Assembly: GCA_050117845.1 (NCBI GenBank) | Contig: JASFLY010000013.1 | Location: forward strand, 6,829-70,828 | Origin: Candidatus Zixiibacteriota bacterium | GTDB lineage: Bacteria; RBG-13-66-14; B26-G2; WVWN01 | Length of the DNA stretch: 64,000 bases | Direction: 5' to 3' | Shown: positions 37,650 to 45,471 of the stretch, piece by piece | Layout of the letters: every line of letters starts with the position of its first letter | Position numbering within the stretch: the first letter of the stretch is position 1 | Program-made: the position numbers and the translations under genes | The notes under the pieces: model-generated | What the model was told of the DNA's origin: nothing | Seen by the model: the letters and a program-made list of their open reading frames with translations, nothing else | The model's database searches: none

Positions 37650-38463
37650 ATAACTTGCCTTTCTTCGGCGGTAAATCGGGCCGGATGCCTAATCCGCCGG
37701 CACACGGGTCAGGCGACCGGCTGCCATCCTCTATCTGCACCCAGACGGGCGTACGTTCGCCGGCAATTACTTCTATGCCCTCGTAAAAGGCGATTTCCTC
37801 GTTCGTGTAAGGGTCGGCGACGATTAGATTATACTCGCCGGGCGCGACTTGGTTGAATACGAAGTCACCTTTTTCGCCGGGGATGGCGTACGCGTCGCTC
37901 CCCTCGAGGGTGACGACGACGTCTGTAACCGGGAAATCCTCCGGGACGTACACGACGCCCGTAATGACGCCCCTATCGGCCGGGATTTCGCCGGTCGGTA
38001 TCTCTTCCGGGTCCGCCCGATGTCGCTCTTCTATGACGGCGACCGTATGTCCCTTGACTAAATCTATGTCGCGACGTTCGGCCGCCTTTTTCGAACAGGA
38101 CGTACCGATTCCCAGCGCCGCCAGCATCGCCGTCGCGGCGTAACCGAGGAATGCGGGCCTAAGCTTCGGGCTTACGCGCGTGTGGGCGATTATCCCCTCG
38201 AGTTGGGCGAGAGGGACGGCCGCCAGCATCGCGGCTTCTTCGGGGGTAAGCTTGAGGCCGATTGACTGCGCGGCCTCGGCACGTTTTTCGAGTAGCATAT
38301 CCCTGAAGGCCGGGTCCACCGCGGCCTTCTTGACCAGGACCTCGATGCCCCGCGGAATGGCCCGGGGTATCGCCGCCGCTTCGGGCGGCCGGCCGCCCAC
38401 AATCGTCGTCCGGGCGGCATCGGGGCCGGCCTTGTCGCGGCGCCGGGGACCGTCGTCTCCCAT
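37627..38463 (-). CDS. NHLP-like-leader paralog 6: lipoprotein with carboxypeptidase-regulatory-like domain
   Basis: TTIVGGRPP extension, leader, GTSC lipobox, VAPGEYNL, GIRPDLP. Confidence 0.85.
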   Translation of the reverse strand: MGDDGPRRRDKAGPDAARTTIVGGRPPEAAAIPRAIPRGIEVLVKKAAVDPAFRDMLLEKRAEAAQSIGLKLTPEEAAMLAAVPLAQLEGIIAHTRVSPKLRPAFLGYAATAMLAALGIGTSCSKKAAERRDIDLVKGHTVAVIEERHRADPEEIPTGEIPADRGVITGVVYVPEDFPVTDVVVTLEGSDAYAIPGEKGDFVFNQVAPGEYNLIVADPYTNEEIAFYEGIEVIAGERTPVWVQIEDGSRSPDPCAGGLGIRPDLPPKKGKLYVEGDSP

Positions 38464-38517
38464 TACAATCTCCCTTACGCTATTCCCTCAAATGAACAAA
38501 TATCGTTTAACGTAAAT

Positions 38518-38546
38518 ATTATATACGTATTTTGGACACGGTGCAA
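38518..38546 (-). promoter_or_regulatory. Sigma70 promoter for paralogs 6-12 and the radical SAM gene
   Basis: Minus strand TTGCAC-17 bp-TATAAT in an AT-rich gap. Confidence 0.7.
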
Positions 38547-38690
38547 AGCCGGCGGTTTTAATCCTAATATCCGATGCACGATTTAAAGCCGGCCGCGCTC
38601 ATGTTCGGCTATATGGGGCCGCGGCGCATCCAGCGGTATCTCAATGTGATATGCGGCCATATTAAAGTATATTATTAACTACGTCGGGCG

Positions 38691-39656
38691 CTATTCCCGG
38701 CCTTTCCCGGAATCCGCGAGGGACGTTAAATCCTCCGGGTAGGGCGAGAAAAAGGTCTGGTTCTCCAAATACCCTTCGCCGAAGCGGACGACGTATCCCC
38801 GCAGGACATTCAGCGGTACGCTGAGGGGGACCCGTTTCGCCCGGAATCGCTCGAGCGCGTCCAGGAAGAACGCCTTTTCCTCGCGGCCGAGTTTATCCTT
38901 GAAGTAACCCAGGCCGTGCGTGAGGACGTTGACGTTCGATTGATAACGGGGCGGCCGGGCCAAAGCCGCCGTAAAGCCGTCCTCGTACGCCGCGAGCGTT
39001 TCCGATAAGGGCCCTCGGCCCGCCGCCGCAACGACGCGGCCTAGTTCGCGCATCCGCGTTTGGTTGTATGCCATCAGAAGGAACTTGTTGGCGGCGTGGA
39101 ACGCGACGACGTCTTTCGCCTTTCCTTTTTCTCTCAGTTCGCGGAAGGACGCCAACGCGAATAACTTCGTAAGGAAGTGTTCCCGCAGCCGCGCGTTCTT
39201 GAGGCGGCCTTCGTCCTCGAACGCCAGCCGGCCGAAGCGCTCCAGGGCCGCCCCGCCGAAGAAACCCGCCCCCTTGCCGGAGGGCGCGGCTCCCTCGGCG
39301 GCCGGATATATCTTGACGTCCTTGATGCCGGAGCTGGGGGAGCGGCTCTTGAGGATGAAGCCGTCGACGGGGCCAAGGACGTCCAGAAACGACGCCGCGA
39401 AGGTCTCCATCTTCGCTGTGAGGTCGGCTCCCGTCGCCGGTTGCACCAGCCGCCGCTTGCCGCCGGCCTCGACGACGCGGACCGTTTCCCGGGGGACCCC
39501 CAGGCCAATCTCGACCTCGGGGCAAACGGGTATGAATTTAACGTGGGGTTTGAGCGCGGCGACGAATTCGTCGTTGACGATCGACCCGTCGTAGCGGACG
39601 GCGTCGAAGCCGAGGCAACGGCTGACGACTACCGTGGGTTTGGCGAATTCCCTCAT
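38691..39656 (-). CDS. DUF523+DUF1722 (YbgA / 2-thiouracil desulfurase family) protein
   Basis: VSRCLG...VRYDG, VCPEVEIGLGVPRE, GFILKSRSPSSG, EDEGRL, FHAANK.LLMA, YLENQTFFSPYP. Confidence 0.88.
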   Translation of the reverse strand: MREFAKPTVVVSRCLGFDAVRYDGSIVNDEFVAALKPHVKFIPVCPEVEIGLGVPRETVRVVEAGGKRRLVQPATGADLTAKMETFAASFLDVLGPVDGFILKSRSPSSGIKDVKIYPAAEGAAPSGKGAGFFGGAALERFGRLAFEDEGRLKNARLREHFLTKLFALASFRELREKGKAKDVVAFHAANKFLLMAYNQTRMRELGRVVAAAGRGPLSETLAAYEDGFTAALARPPRYQSNVNVLTHGLGYFKDKLGREEKAFFLDALERFRAKRVPLSVPLNVLRGYVVRFGEGYLENQTFFSPYPEDLTSLADSGKGRE

Positions 39657-39709
39657 GCGGAGCCGGGTCCCCCCGGCGACGGCGCTATCCCGCGGCCCGG
39701 GCACTGCCC

Positions 39710-40615
39710 CTAGTCCCCGGGGGCGACGAATACGAACGGATAAGTTATCGTGACGCCCTCGTCCGGCGCGGCCGCGAAGCGCCACGTTCTAATCCTGGCG
39801 ATTATCGCGTCGCGCAGATACGTATCGCCGAGGGTGTCTTCGACTATGACGACGTAGGTGACGGTCCCCTCCGGCGACACGCCGAAGCGCGTTACCACCT
39901 TGCCCCCGGCGAGGGACGGATTCCTGGACACCGCCTCGTCGTACGCGCCCTGTATACTCGAGAAATTCTTGCGGACGGTAGCGATTACGCCGGCTCTCGT
40001 TCGGTCCGCCGGCTTCCGGTGCGGTCCCCGCTTAGTTGGCTCGTCGGTAGTTATCGTCTCGGGTCGGATCCCCAGGGAACCGGGTCGAACAACCACGCTG
40101 CTACGTTTTAACGTCGGTAGTCCGGAAGCGGTGACCGATCCCGAGCGAGGCCGGTCGCTACGCATACCGCCGCTTCCCCCGGATACGGCGTAACCGTGTC
40201 GTTCCGCCACGCCGGTTTTTATCGGGGCGATCTTGGGCGAAGATTCCGCCGTATTTTCCGTTTCGCCGCCGGGCGACGTAGCGTTGAAATCATTGCCCTG
40301 GCACAACACCAACGTACCGCCGAGGGCCGCGAGCATCAGGCGGCCTACGTTAGACAGGAAGGCCGGCCGCGCTTCGGGGTCGACGTACGTACTGCTAACT
40401 ATTTGTTCGAGTTGGGGGAGGGGAGCGGCCGCGAGGATTGCGGCCTCTTCGGGGGTGAGTTCCAGGCCGATGGCCCGGGCGGCCTCGGCCCTTTTTTCGA
40501 ACAACAAACGCTTGAACGCCGGGTCCACCGCGGCTTTTTTTATAAGGACTTCCACGCCGCGAGGCACTTCCCGCGCGGCCGGTACGCCGGCCGTATCGTT
40601 ACTGTCCGTAACCAT
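39710..40615 (-). CDS. NHLP-like-leader paralog 5: AgmX/PglI (TonB-C-like) C-terminal domain
   Basis: Same leader, GMRSD and GIRPE motifs, GKVVTRFGVSPEG.V...RTWRF....VTITYPFVF. Confidence 0.85.
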   Translation of the reverse strand: MVTDSNDTAGVPAAREVPRGVEVLIKKAAVDPAFKRLLFEKRAEAARAIGLELTPEEAAILAAAPLPQLEQIVSSTYVDPEARPAFLSNVGRLMLAALGGTLVLCQGNDFNATSPGGETENTAESSPKIAPIKTGVAERHGYAVSGGSGGMRSDRPRSGSVTASGLPTLKRSSVVVRPGSLGIRPETITTDEPTKRGPHRKPADRTRAGVIATVRKNFSSIQGAYDEAVSRNPSLAGGKVVTRFGVSPEGTVTYVVIVEDTLGDTYLRDAIIARIRTWRFAAAPDEGVTITYPFVFVAPGD

Positions 40616-40640
40616 GCCCACGCCCTCTCTTCGGTAGTAC

Positions 40641-41519
40641 TTAATTGCTTTCGGCGGAAAATATTATCGTAGCCGCGGCGCTAACGTTCCCTTCGTCGAT
40701 ACCCCGGAAGTGCCACGATCCGACTTCCCGGACGACGGCATCGGAAAACGTCGACGAACTGACGTTACTACCGATTACGGCCACGTCGTAAACGCTCCCG
40801 ACCGCTTTAATGTTAAAGCCGATCACCATTTTACCGTGTTTGGGGGCGTCGCCGTTATTCGACATAACGGCGTAAAGCATTCGCATGTCCGGAATAAAGG
40901 TATTGACCTCTTCCCGGACGTCCGCGGTATCCCGGAAGGGGGCCCCCACGGCCGGCGGAACGACCACGACGTCGACGATGTTGACGTTGAACCCCTTGGG
41001 CCGGTTTTTTAAATCACTATCGGGCCGAATTCCGCCCAGGCCGCCGCCGGCGCCGCCGCCGGTTACCGTTCCGTTCCCGCCCGAATATAAGCCCGTACCC
41101 ACGTCGGGGGCCAGGGTTCCGCTCCCACCGGTGTCCGCCGTCTCGGCCGTCTCGGCGGTTTCCGGTTGCGGCGGGTAGTCGGGGCGGATCCCTTTCGACT
41201 TTACGTCGACCGTCCCGTACTCGGCCGCCGGGTCCTTACACCCGGCCGCGGCGAGCGCCGCCAGCATGGTCGCGGCCGCCGCTCCCAGGAACGCGGGACG
41301 GAGGTTCGGACTCACCCTGGTCCGGCCCACGATGGCCCGAAGCTGGCTCTCGGGCACGGCTTTCAGCATCGCGGCCTCGGCGGGCGTTATATCGAGCGCG
41401 ATGTAGGCCGCGGCGCCGGCGCGTTCGGCGAATAAAGCCTTCTTGAACGCCGTGTCCACCGCGGCCTTTTTTATTAGAACCTCTATATTCCTCGGTATCT
41501 CTATAGCCATTTCACTCAT
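40641..41519 (-). CDS. NHLP-like-leader paralog 4: lipoprotein with AgmX/PglI-like domain
   Basis: Same leader, AAGC lipobox, GIRPDYP and GIRPD, GKMVIGFNI...SWHF. Confidence 0.85.
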   Translation of the reverse strand: MSEMAIEIPRNIEVLIKKAAVDTAFKKALFAERAGAAAYIALDITPAEAAMLKAVPESQLRAIVGRTRVSPNLRPAFLGAAAATMLAALAAAGCKDPAAEYGTVDVKSKGIRPDYPPQPETAETAETADTGGSGTLAPDVGTGLYSGGNGTVTGGGAGGGLGGIRPDSDLKNRPKGFNVNIVDVVVVPPAVGAPFRDTADVREEVNTFIPDMRMLYAVMSNNGDAPKHGKMVIGFNIKAVGSVYDVAVIGSNVSSSTFSDAVVREVGSWHFRGIDEGNVSAAATIIFSAESN

Positions 41520-42348
41520 CAACCGGTTCGAAAATGAAAGGATACGTGACCGTAACGTCGCCCTCCTCGATGGGGGGAAAACGCCAGGTACGGACGCGCG
41601 TGAGTATAGTGCTGTTCAAGAACTCGTCGCCTATGCCGTCTGACGTGATATTGCCGGCGGTTACCAATCCGTCGGAATCGATAGTTATTTCTAATTCGAC
41701 CGTTCCGTGTTTAATAGACGGGTTCTTTCTATACACGTTCTCAATACCTGGTAAATGCCTCTCAAACACGGTCCCAATAACTTTAGCCGACCTTTTCGGG
41801 TCGCCCGCTCCGGGTCCTATTATCAAGGTGGGCAAGGATTCGACGATAATCGGCTTCCTAGGTTCTGATTGAATACCGGGCGGAAAATCTCCTCTAATGC
41901 CGAAGCACAACCCCCCTATCGACTCCCTCCCGGCGTCGTTGCTATCGGTTAACGGAGGTTTTTCTTTTACGCTATCGACCGGGCCCATAATGCTTTCCTC
42001 CGCCGTCCCGGGTTGGTTCTCGGGAGGAGGGTCGGGGCGCAAGCCGAAAGTTTCATCCGTCGGGTTGTCGCAGGCCAGGAACGCCGGCCCCAGCGCCGCC
42101 AGCATCGCGCCGGCGGCGTAGCCCAGGAATGCCGGCCTGACGCCGGGGCTTACGCACGTGCGCGTCACTATGGCTTCGAGTTGGGGGAGGGGGGCGGCCG
42201 CGAGGAGCGCGGCCTCTTCGGGGGTGAGTTCCAGGCCGATGGCCCGGGCGGCCTCGGCCCTTTTTTCGAACAACAAACGCTTGAACGCCGGGTCCACCGC
42301 GGCTTTTTTAATAAGCACTTCGACGCCGCGGCGTATGCCATGTTCCAT
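41512..42348 (-). CDS. NHLP-like-leader paralog 3: lipoprotein with AgmX/PglI-like domain
   Basis: ATG after GGAGGG; leader, FLAC lipobox, GLRPD and GIRGD, RTWRFPP..GDVTVTYPFIF. Confidence 0.85.
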   Translation of the reverse strand: MEHGIRRGVEVLIKKAAVDPAFKRLLFEKRAEAARAIGLELTPEEAALLAAAPLPQLEAIVTRTCVSPGVRPAFLGYAAGAMLAALGPAFLACDNPTDETFGLRPDPPPENQPGTAEESIMGPVDSVKEKPPLTDSNDAGRESIGGLCFGIRGDFPPGIQSEPRKPIIVESLPTLIIGPGAGDPKRSAKVIGTVFERHLPGIENVYRKNPSIKHGTVELEITIDSDGLVTAGNITSDGIGDEFLNSTILTRVRTWRFPPIEEGDVTVTYPFIFEPVDE

Positions 42349-42349
42349 A

Positions 42350-42847
42350 TTACCCTCCGTCTTCGCCAGGGTAATCCGGCCGCATTCCGCCTTTCCCCTC
42401 CGTCCCGGACCCGGATTCCCCGACGGGTTCCTCCGCCGTTCCCTCCACGTCGGCGCTGCGTTCATCCCCGGCGGCGGTCTCCGCCGTTTCCGGCGTGGGT
42501 GGGTAGTCCGGGTTGATACCGGTGGGGGGCGCCGGGTACGGCGTATCGTTGGGCGCGGGGTTCTTGCACCCCGCCGCGGCCAGCGCCGCCAGCATCGTCG
42601 CGGCCGCCGCCCCCAGGAACGCGGGGCGGAGTTTCGGGCTCACCTGCGTCCTGTTAATAATGGCCCGCAGTTGGTCCTCGGCGGCGTTGTCGATCAGCGC
42701 CCGTTCGGAAGGCGTAAGGTCGAGGGCGATAATCGCGGCCGCCCCGGAACGTGCCTCGATTAACTTCCTTTTGAAGGCCGGGTCTATCGAGGCTTTTTTT
42801 ATTAACACCTCGACGCCGCGGGGGATTTCGAAGGTGGCCTCGCTCAT
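42350..42847 (-). CDS. NHLP-like-leader paralog 2: short lipopeptide-type
   Basis: ATG after GGAGG; leader, AAGC lipobox, GINPDYP and GMRPDYP. Confidence 0.85.
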   Translation of the reverse strand: MSEATFEIPRGVEVLIKKASIDPAFKRKLIEARSGAAAIIALDLTPSERALIDNAAEDQLRAIINRTQVSPKLRPAFLGAAAATMLAALAAAGCKNPAPNDTPYPAPPTGINPDYPPTPETAETAAGDERSADVEGTAEEPVGESGSGTEGKGGMRPDYPGEDGG

Positions 42848-42857
42848 ATAGCCTCCA

Positions 42858-43430
42858 TCACGGCCTATCGGGACGGACACCGCGGGTCACGAGGTCGTCC
42901 CTGCCGTCGTCGGCCGTGGCCTGTTCGTCCTTGGCCAGCTCCTCGCCTTCGTCTTCGGCGGGGGGAGCGCCGGTTTCGGGTTCGCTCTCGGCGGTCGTCG
43001 GCCCCTCGACGTCGGGGACGTCGGGCCGGGCGCCGCCGGCGACCGGGGGAAAACATCCCGCCACCGCTATTCCCAGCGCCGCGACGATGACGGCCGCGGA
43101 CCAGCTCAACAGGGCCTTGCGGTGGCCGGGTTCCACCTTGGTATGGTCGACGATGGCCTCGATTTGCGCCGCCGGGGCCGCGCGCAGCATGGCCTCCTCG
43201 GCGGCCTCGAGTTTTAGGCCGATCTCGGCGGCGGCCGCCTCGCGCCGGTCGAGGAGTAGGGCCCGGAACTCCTCGTCGACCGCGGCTTTTTTCATAAGAA
43301 CCTCTACGCCGCCGGGGATCTCGCCCACGGCCTTGCCGCAGCCGGGCGGCCGGCCGCCCACGATTGTGGTCCGTACGGCCGGTTTTTCGACGGGGGAGTC
43401 GCCTTCGTCGCGCGAGGGGATATTCGCCAT
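42858..43430 (-). CDS. NHLP-like-leader paralog 1: short lipopeptide-type
   Basis: ATG after AAGGAAGG; TTIVGGRPP extension, leader, HRKALL, VAGC lipobox, GARPD and GVRPDRP. Confidence 0.85.
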   Translation of the reverse strand: MANIPSRDEGDSPVEKPAVRTTIVGGRPPGCGKAVGEIPGGVEVLMKKAAVDEEFRALLLDRREAAAAEIGLKLEAAEEAMLRAAPAAQIEAIVDHTKVEPGHRKALLSWSAAVIVAALGIAVAGCFPPVAGGARPDVPDVEGPTTAESEPETGAPPAEDEGEELAKDEQATADDGRDDLVTRGVRPDRP

Positions 43431-43484
43431 AACGGTCCTTCCTTGAATCGGTGGATAGGGTCGCCGCCGGGTATAATCATTTAA

Positions 43485-43513
43485 AGTATATACCATCCGG
43501 GGGAATTTGTAAA
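43485..43513 (-). promoter_or_regulatory. Sigma70 promoter for paralogs 1-5
   Basis: Minus strand TTTACA-17 bp-TATACT. Confidence 0.65.
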
Positions 43514-43615
43514 GGTAAGGCCTGCGGCGTTTCTTTTGGTATTAATTAGATACGTTAGGGGCCGAAAAGGATTATAAGAATTACGACGGGGCGGCCGCGG
43601 GTGGGCCGTTAACGG

Positions 43616-43644
43616 TTGACATAGCGTTAATATTGGGGCATAAT
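43616..43644 (+). promoter_or_regulatory. Sigma70 promoter
   Basis: TTGACA-17 bp-CATAAT. Confidence 0.65.
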
Positions 43645-43665
43645 TTTAATAAGGAGGTTAGGAAA

Positions 43666-44427
43666 ATGCGAAAATATATCTCCGCAATCGCGTTTCTAAT
43701 TATCGCGTTCACGGCGGGCGCGCTGGCGTGGGGGACTTTGGTTGCGTCTTACCCCTGTCCCGAGGGCTCCCGTTTTCCGAACGGCCTGGCCTTTCGCAAT
43801 AGTCGCCTGTATATCGCGACCAACGACGTTAATTATACGGTATGGCAGGTGCGGCCGAATACGGGCAGCGTCCTCTTGTCCCACCAGGCGCCGTCGCGGC
43901 CTATTATGGGCCTGGCCGCGGGCCTCGCCGGCGAAACCGTTTCGTACTGGATATCTTCGACGAACGGGGCCGGCAGGATATACCAGGTGGGTTATCTCAG
44001 CGGCTCGGTCGTCAATTCTTTCCCGCCGTACGGCTCCCATCCGATGGGCCTCGCTTTCCGGAGCGCGACGCGGATGTACCATACCGACTATAACGCCCGC
44101 AGGCTATTCGTAATACACCCGGTGACCGGGTCCGTTTACGATTCGTACCCCCTCGATTTCGGGCCTTGCGACTGCGCCTACGGCGGCGGGTACCTGTGGA
44201 TAGCCGACGGGTACGGCGAACTGATTCATCAGTGCGATTTGACCGGCTCGACGCTGGCGTCGTTCTCGACGGCGGAGTACGGCTTCTGTTCCGGTTTGGC
44301 CTATTACAATCAATTCGTTTGGGTCGGGATCAACGAACCCATGCATTCGATATTGAAATTCGAGGTCGACCCGTTTCACGCCGTCGAACCGGCGTCGGTG
44401 GGCCGGGTAAAAGCGCTGTTCCGCTGA
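43666..44427 (+). CDS. Secreted beta-propeller-like protein with C-terminal SxGxxKAL(F/Y) tail
   Basis: AAGGAGG SD, signal peptide, repeated GLA(F/Y)...TGS(V/T)..S units, ends VEPASVGRVKALFR. Confidence 0.75.
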   Translation: MRKYISAIAFLIIAFTAGALAWGTLVASYPCPEGSRFPNGLAFRNSRLYIATNDVNYTVWQVRPNTGSVLLSHQAPSRPIMGLAAGLAGETVSYWISSTNGAGRIYQVGYLSGSVVNSFPPYGSHPMGLAFRSATRMYHTDYNARRLFVIHPVTGSVYDSYPLDFGPCDCAYGGGYLWIADGYGELIHQCDLTGSTLASFSTAEYGFCSGLAYYNQFVWVGINEPMHSILKFEVDPFHAVEPASVGRVKALFR

Positions 44428-44446
44428 GTTAACCGCCCTGTTATTC

Positions 44447-44471
44447 AAAAGCCGCCCCTCGGGGCGGCTTT
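44447..44471. terminator. Bidirectional terminator
   Basis: AAAAGCCGCCCC-TC-GGGGCGGCTTT between convergent genes. Confidence 0.75.
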
Positions 44472-44510
44472 ATTCACTAATACGGCTTTTTGCGGGGTCG
44501 CGCCGTCTTA

Positions 44511-44951
44511 CTACTTCTTCTCGAGCCGTTCCGTGCCTGTTTTCGTGCTTCCCTCGTAGGCCGTTATTCCCTCGAGCGAATTGTCCGGGTTGACCGTGTA
44601 CGCGACTACGCCGAGTACGCCGGCCTCGTCCCGATATCCCACGACGAATAAATCTCCCCGCCACAAAGCCACGCCGGGGTAGGCGATCCTGTCGCCCACG
44701 CGGTAGGTAACCCAATATACGTGGCGCCCCGGTTCGACGTCGACTTCGCAGTCGTAGGCGTCGCCGTCCGGGTCGACGCCGCTGCCGGCGTACGTTCCGA
44801 CTATGTCTATTTCGGTTTCGGTGGCCGTTTCGGCGGCCGTCGGGGGAGTCGCGGTCTCGGGTTCGGCCGTGCCCTCGGCCGCCTTGCGGCAAGACGCGGG
44901 GATGACGGCTACCAACGCGACGGCGACGATTATACCGTAAACTTTGTTCAT
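44511..44951 (-). CDS. Small beta-rich lipoprotein
   Basis: PASC lipobox; GTYAGSGVDPDG..Y.C.VDV...VYWV; paralog of 44948-45340. Confidence 0.7.
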   Translation of the reverse strand: MNKVYGIIVAVALVAVIPASCRKAAEGTAEPETATPPTAAETATETEIDIVGTYAGSGVDPDGDAYDCEVDVEPGRHVYWVTYRVGDRIAYPGVALWRGDLFVVGYRDEAGVLGVVAYTVNPDNSLEGITAYEGSTKTGTERLEKK

Positions 44952-45340
44952 TGATTATTCCCCCCTGTCCCGTCGGTTTCATCCCTGTATAACTTCTCGG
45001 TACCGATTTCCTTGAAACCCGGCAGGCCGAGAGCTCCGTCCAGCGTGCCGTCCGGCAATATCTTGTAGAGCGCTACGCCGTAACCGATGTGGGCCGCGTA
45101 CCCGACGCATAGGTAACCGTCTTTTATGATGCCGATGCCTTCGTACCCGAATTCATCCTCGAATTCCCAAACTACCCGATAAACCTCCTCGGTTTTATTT
45201 ATATCTACTTTGCAGCCGTACGTGCCCGGTTCGTAGGGACGTTGGCCGAAGCCGGTATACTCGCCCGTGACGTCGTCGGGGGCGGTCGCCGCGAGCGCCA
45301 GCGCCGCCGCGGTTAGAGAGTATAAGATCACTCTTTTCAT
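44948..45340 (-). CDS. Small beta-rich secreted protein
   Basis: GGAGG SD; signal peptide; GEYTGFG..P...Y.C.VDI...VYRV, G(T)EKL; ATGA coupled to the next gene. Confidence 0.7.
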   Translation of the reverse strand: MKRVILYSLTAAALALAATAPDDVTGEYTGFGQRPYEPGTYGCKVDINKTEEVYRVVWEFEDEFGYEGIGIIKDGYLCVGYAAHIGYGVALYKILPDGTLDGALGLPGFKEIGTEKLYRDETDGTGGNNQ

Positions 45341-45471
45341 CGGGTGCCTCCTCGCGTTAATAAAGCCAGGGTGAATAATACTAAAATTACGCCCGCGGCG
45401 CAACCCACGCTCGTTCGGTTATAATTTGGGGCGGGATTCATCGCCGCTAAAACCCGGTATCCGGACCTCGT

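Noticed and set aside
33523-43430. Interpretation as nitrile hydratase alpha subunits or classical NHLP bacteriocin precursors
   Set aside because: No CxxCSC metal site; no GG leader end, Cys/Ser/Thr-rich core, YcaO, LanM or C39 transporter in the window
33523-43430. Diversity-generating retroelement or integron cassette array
   Set aside because: No reverse transcriptase or integrase, and no attC-like spacers because the genes abut or overlap
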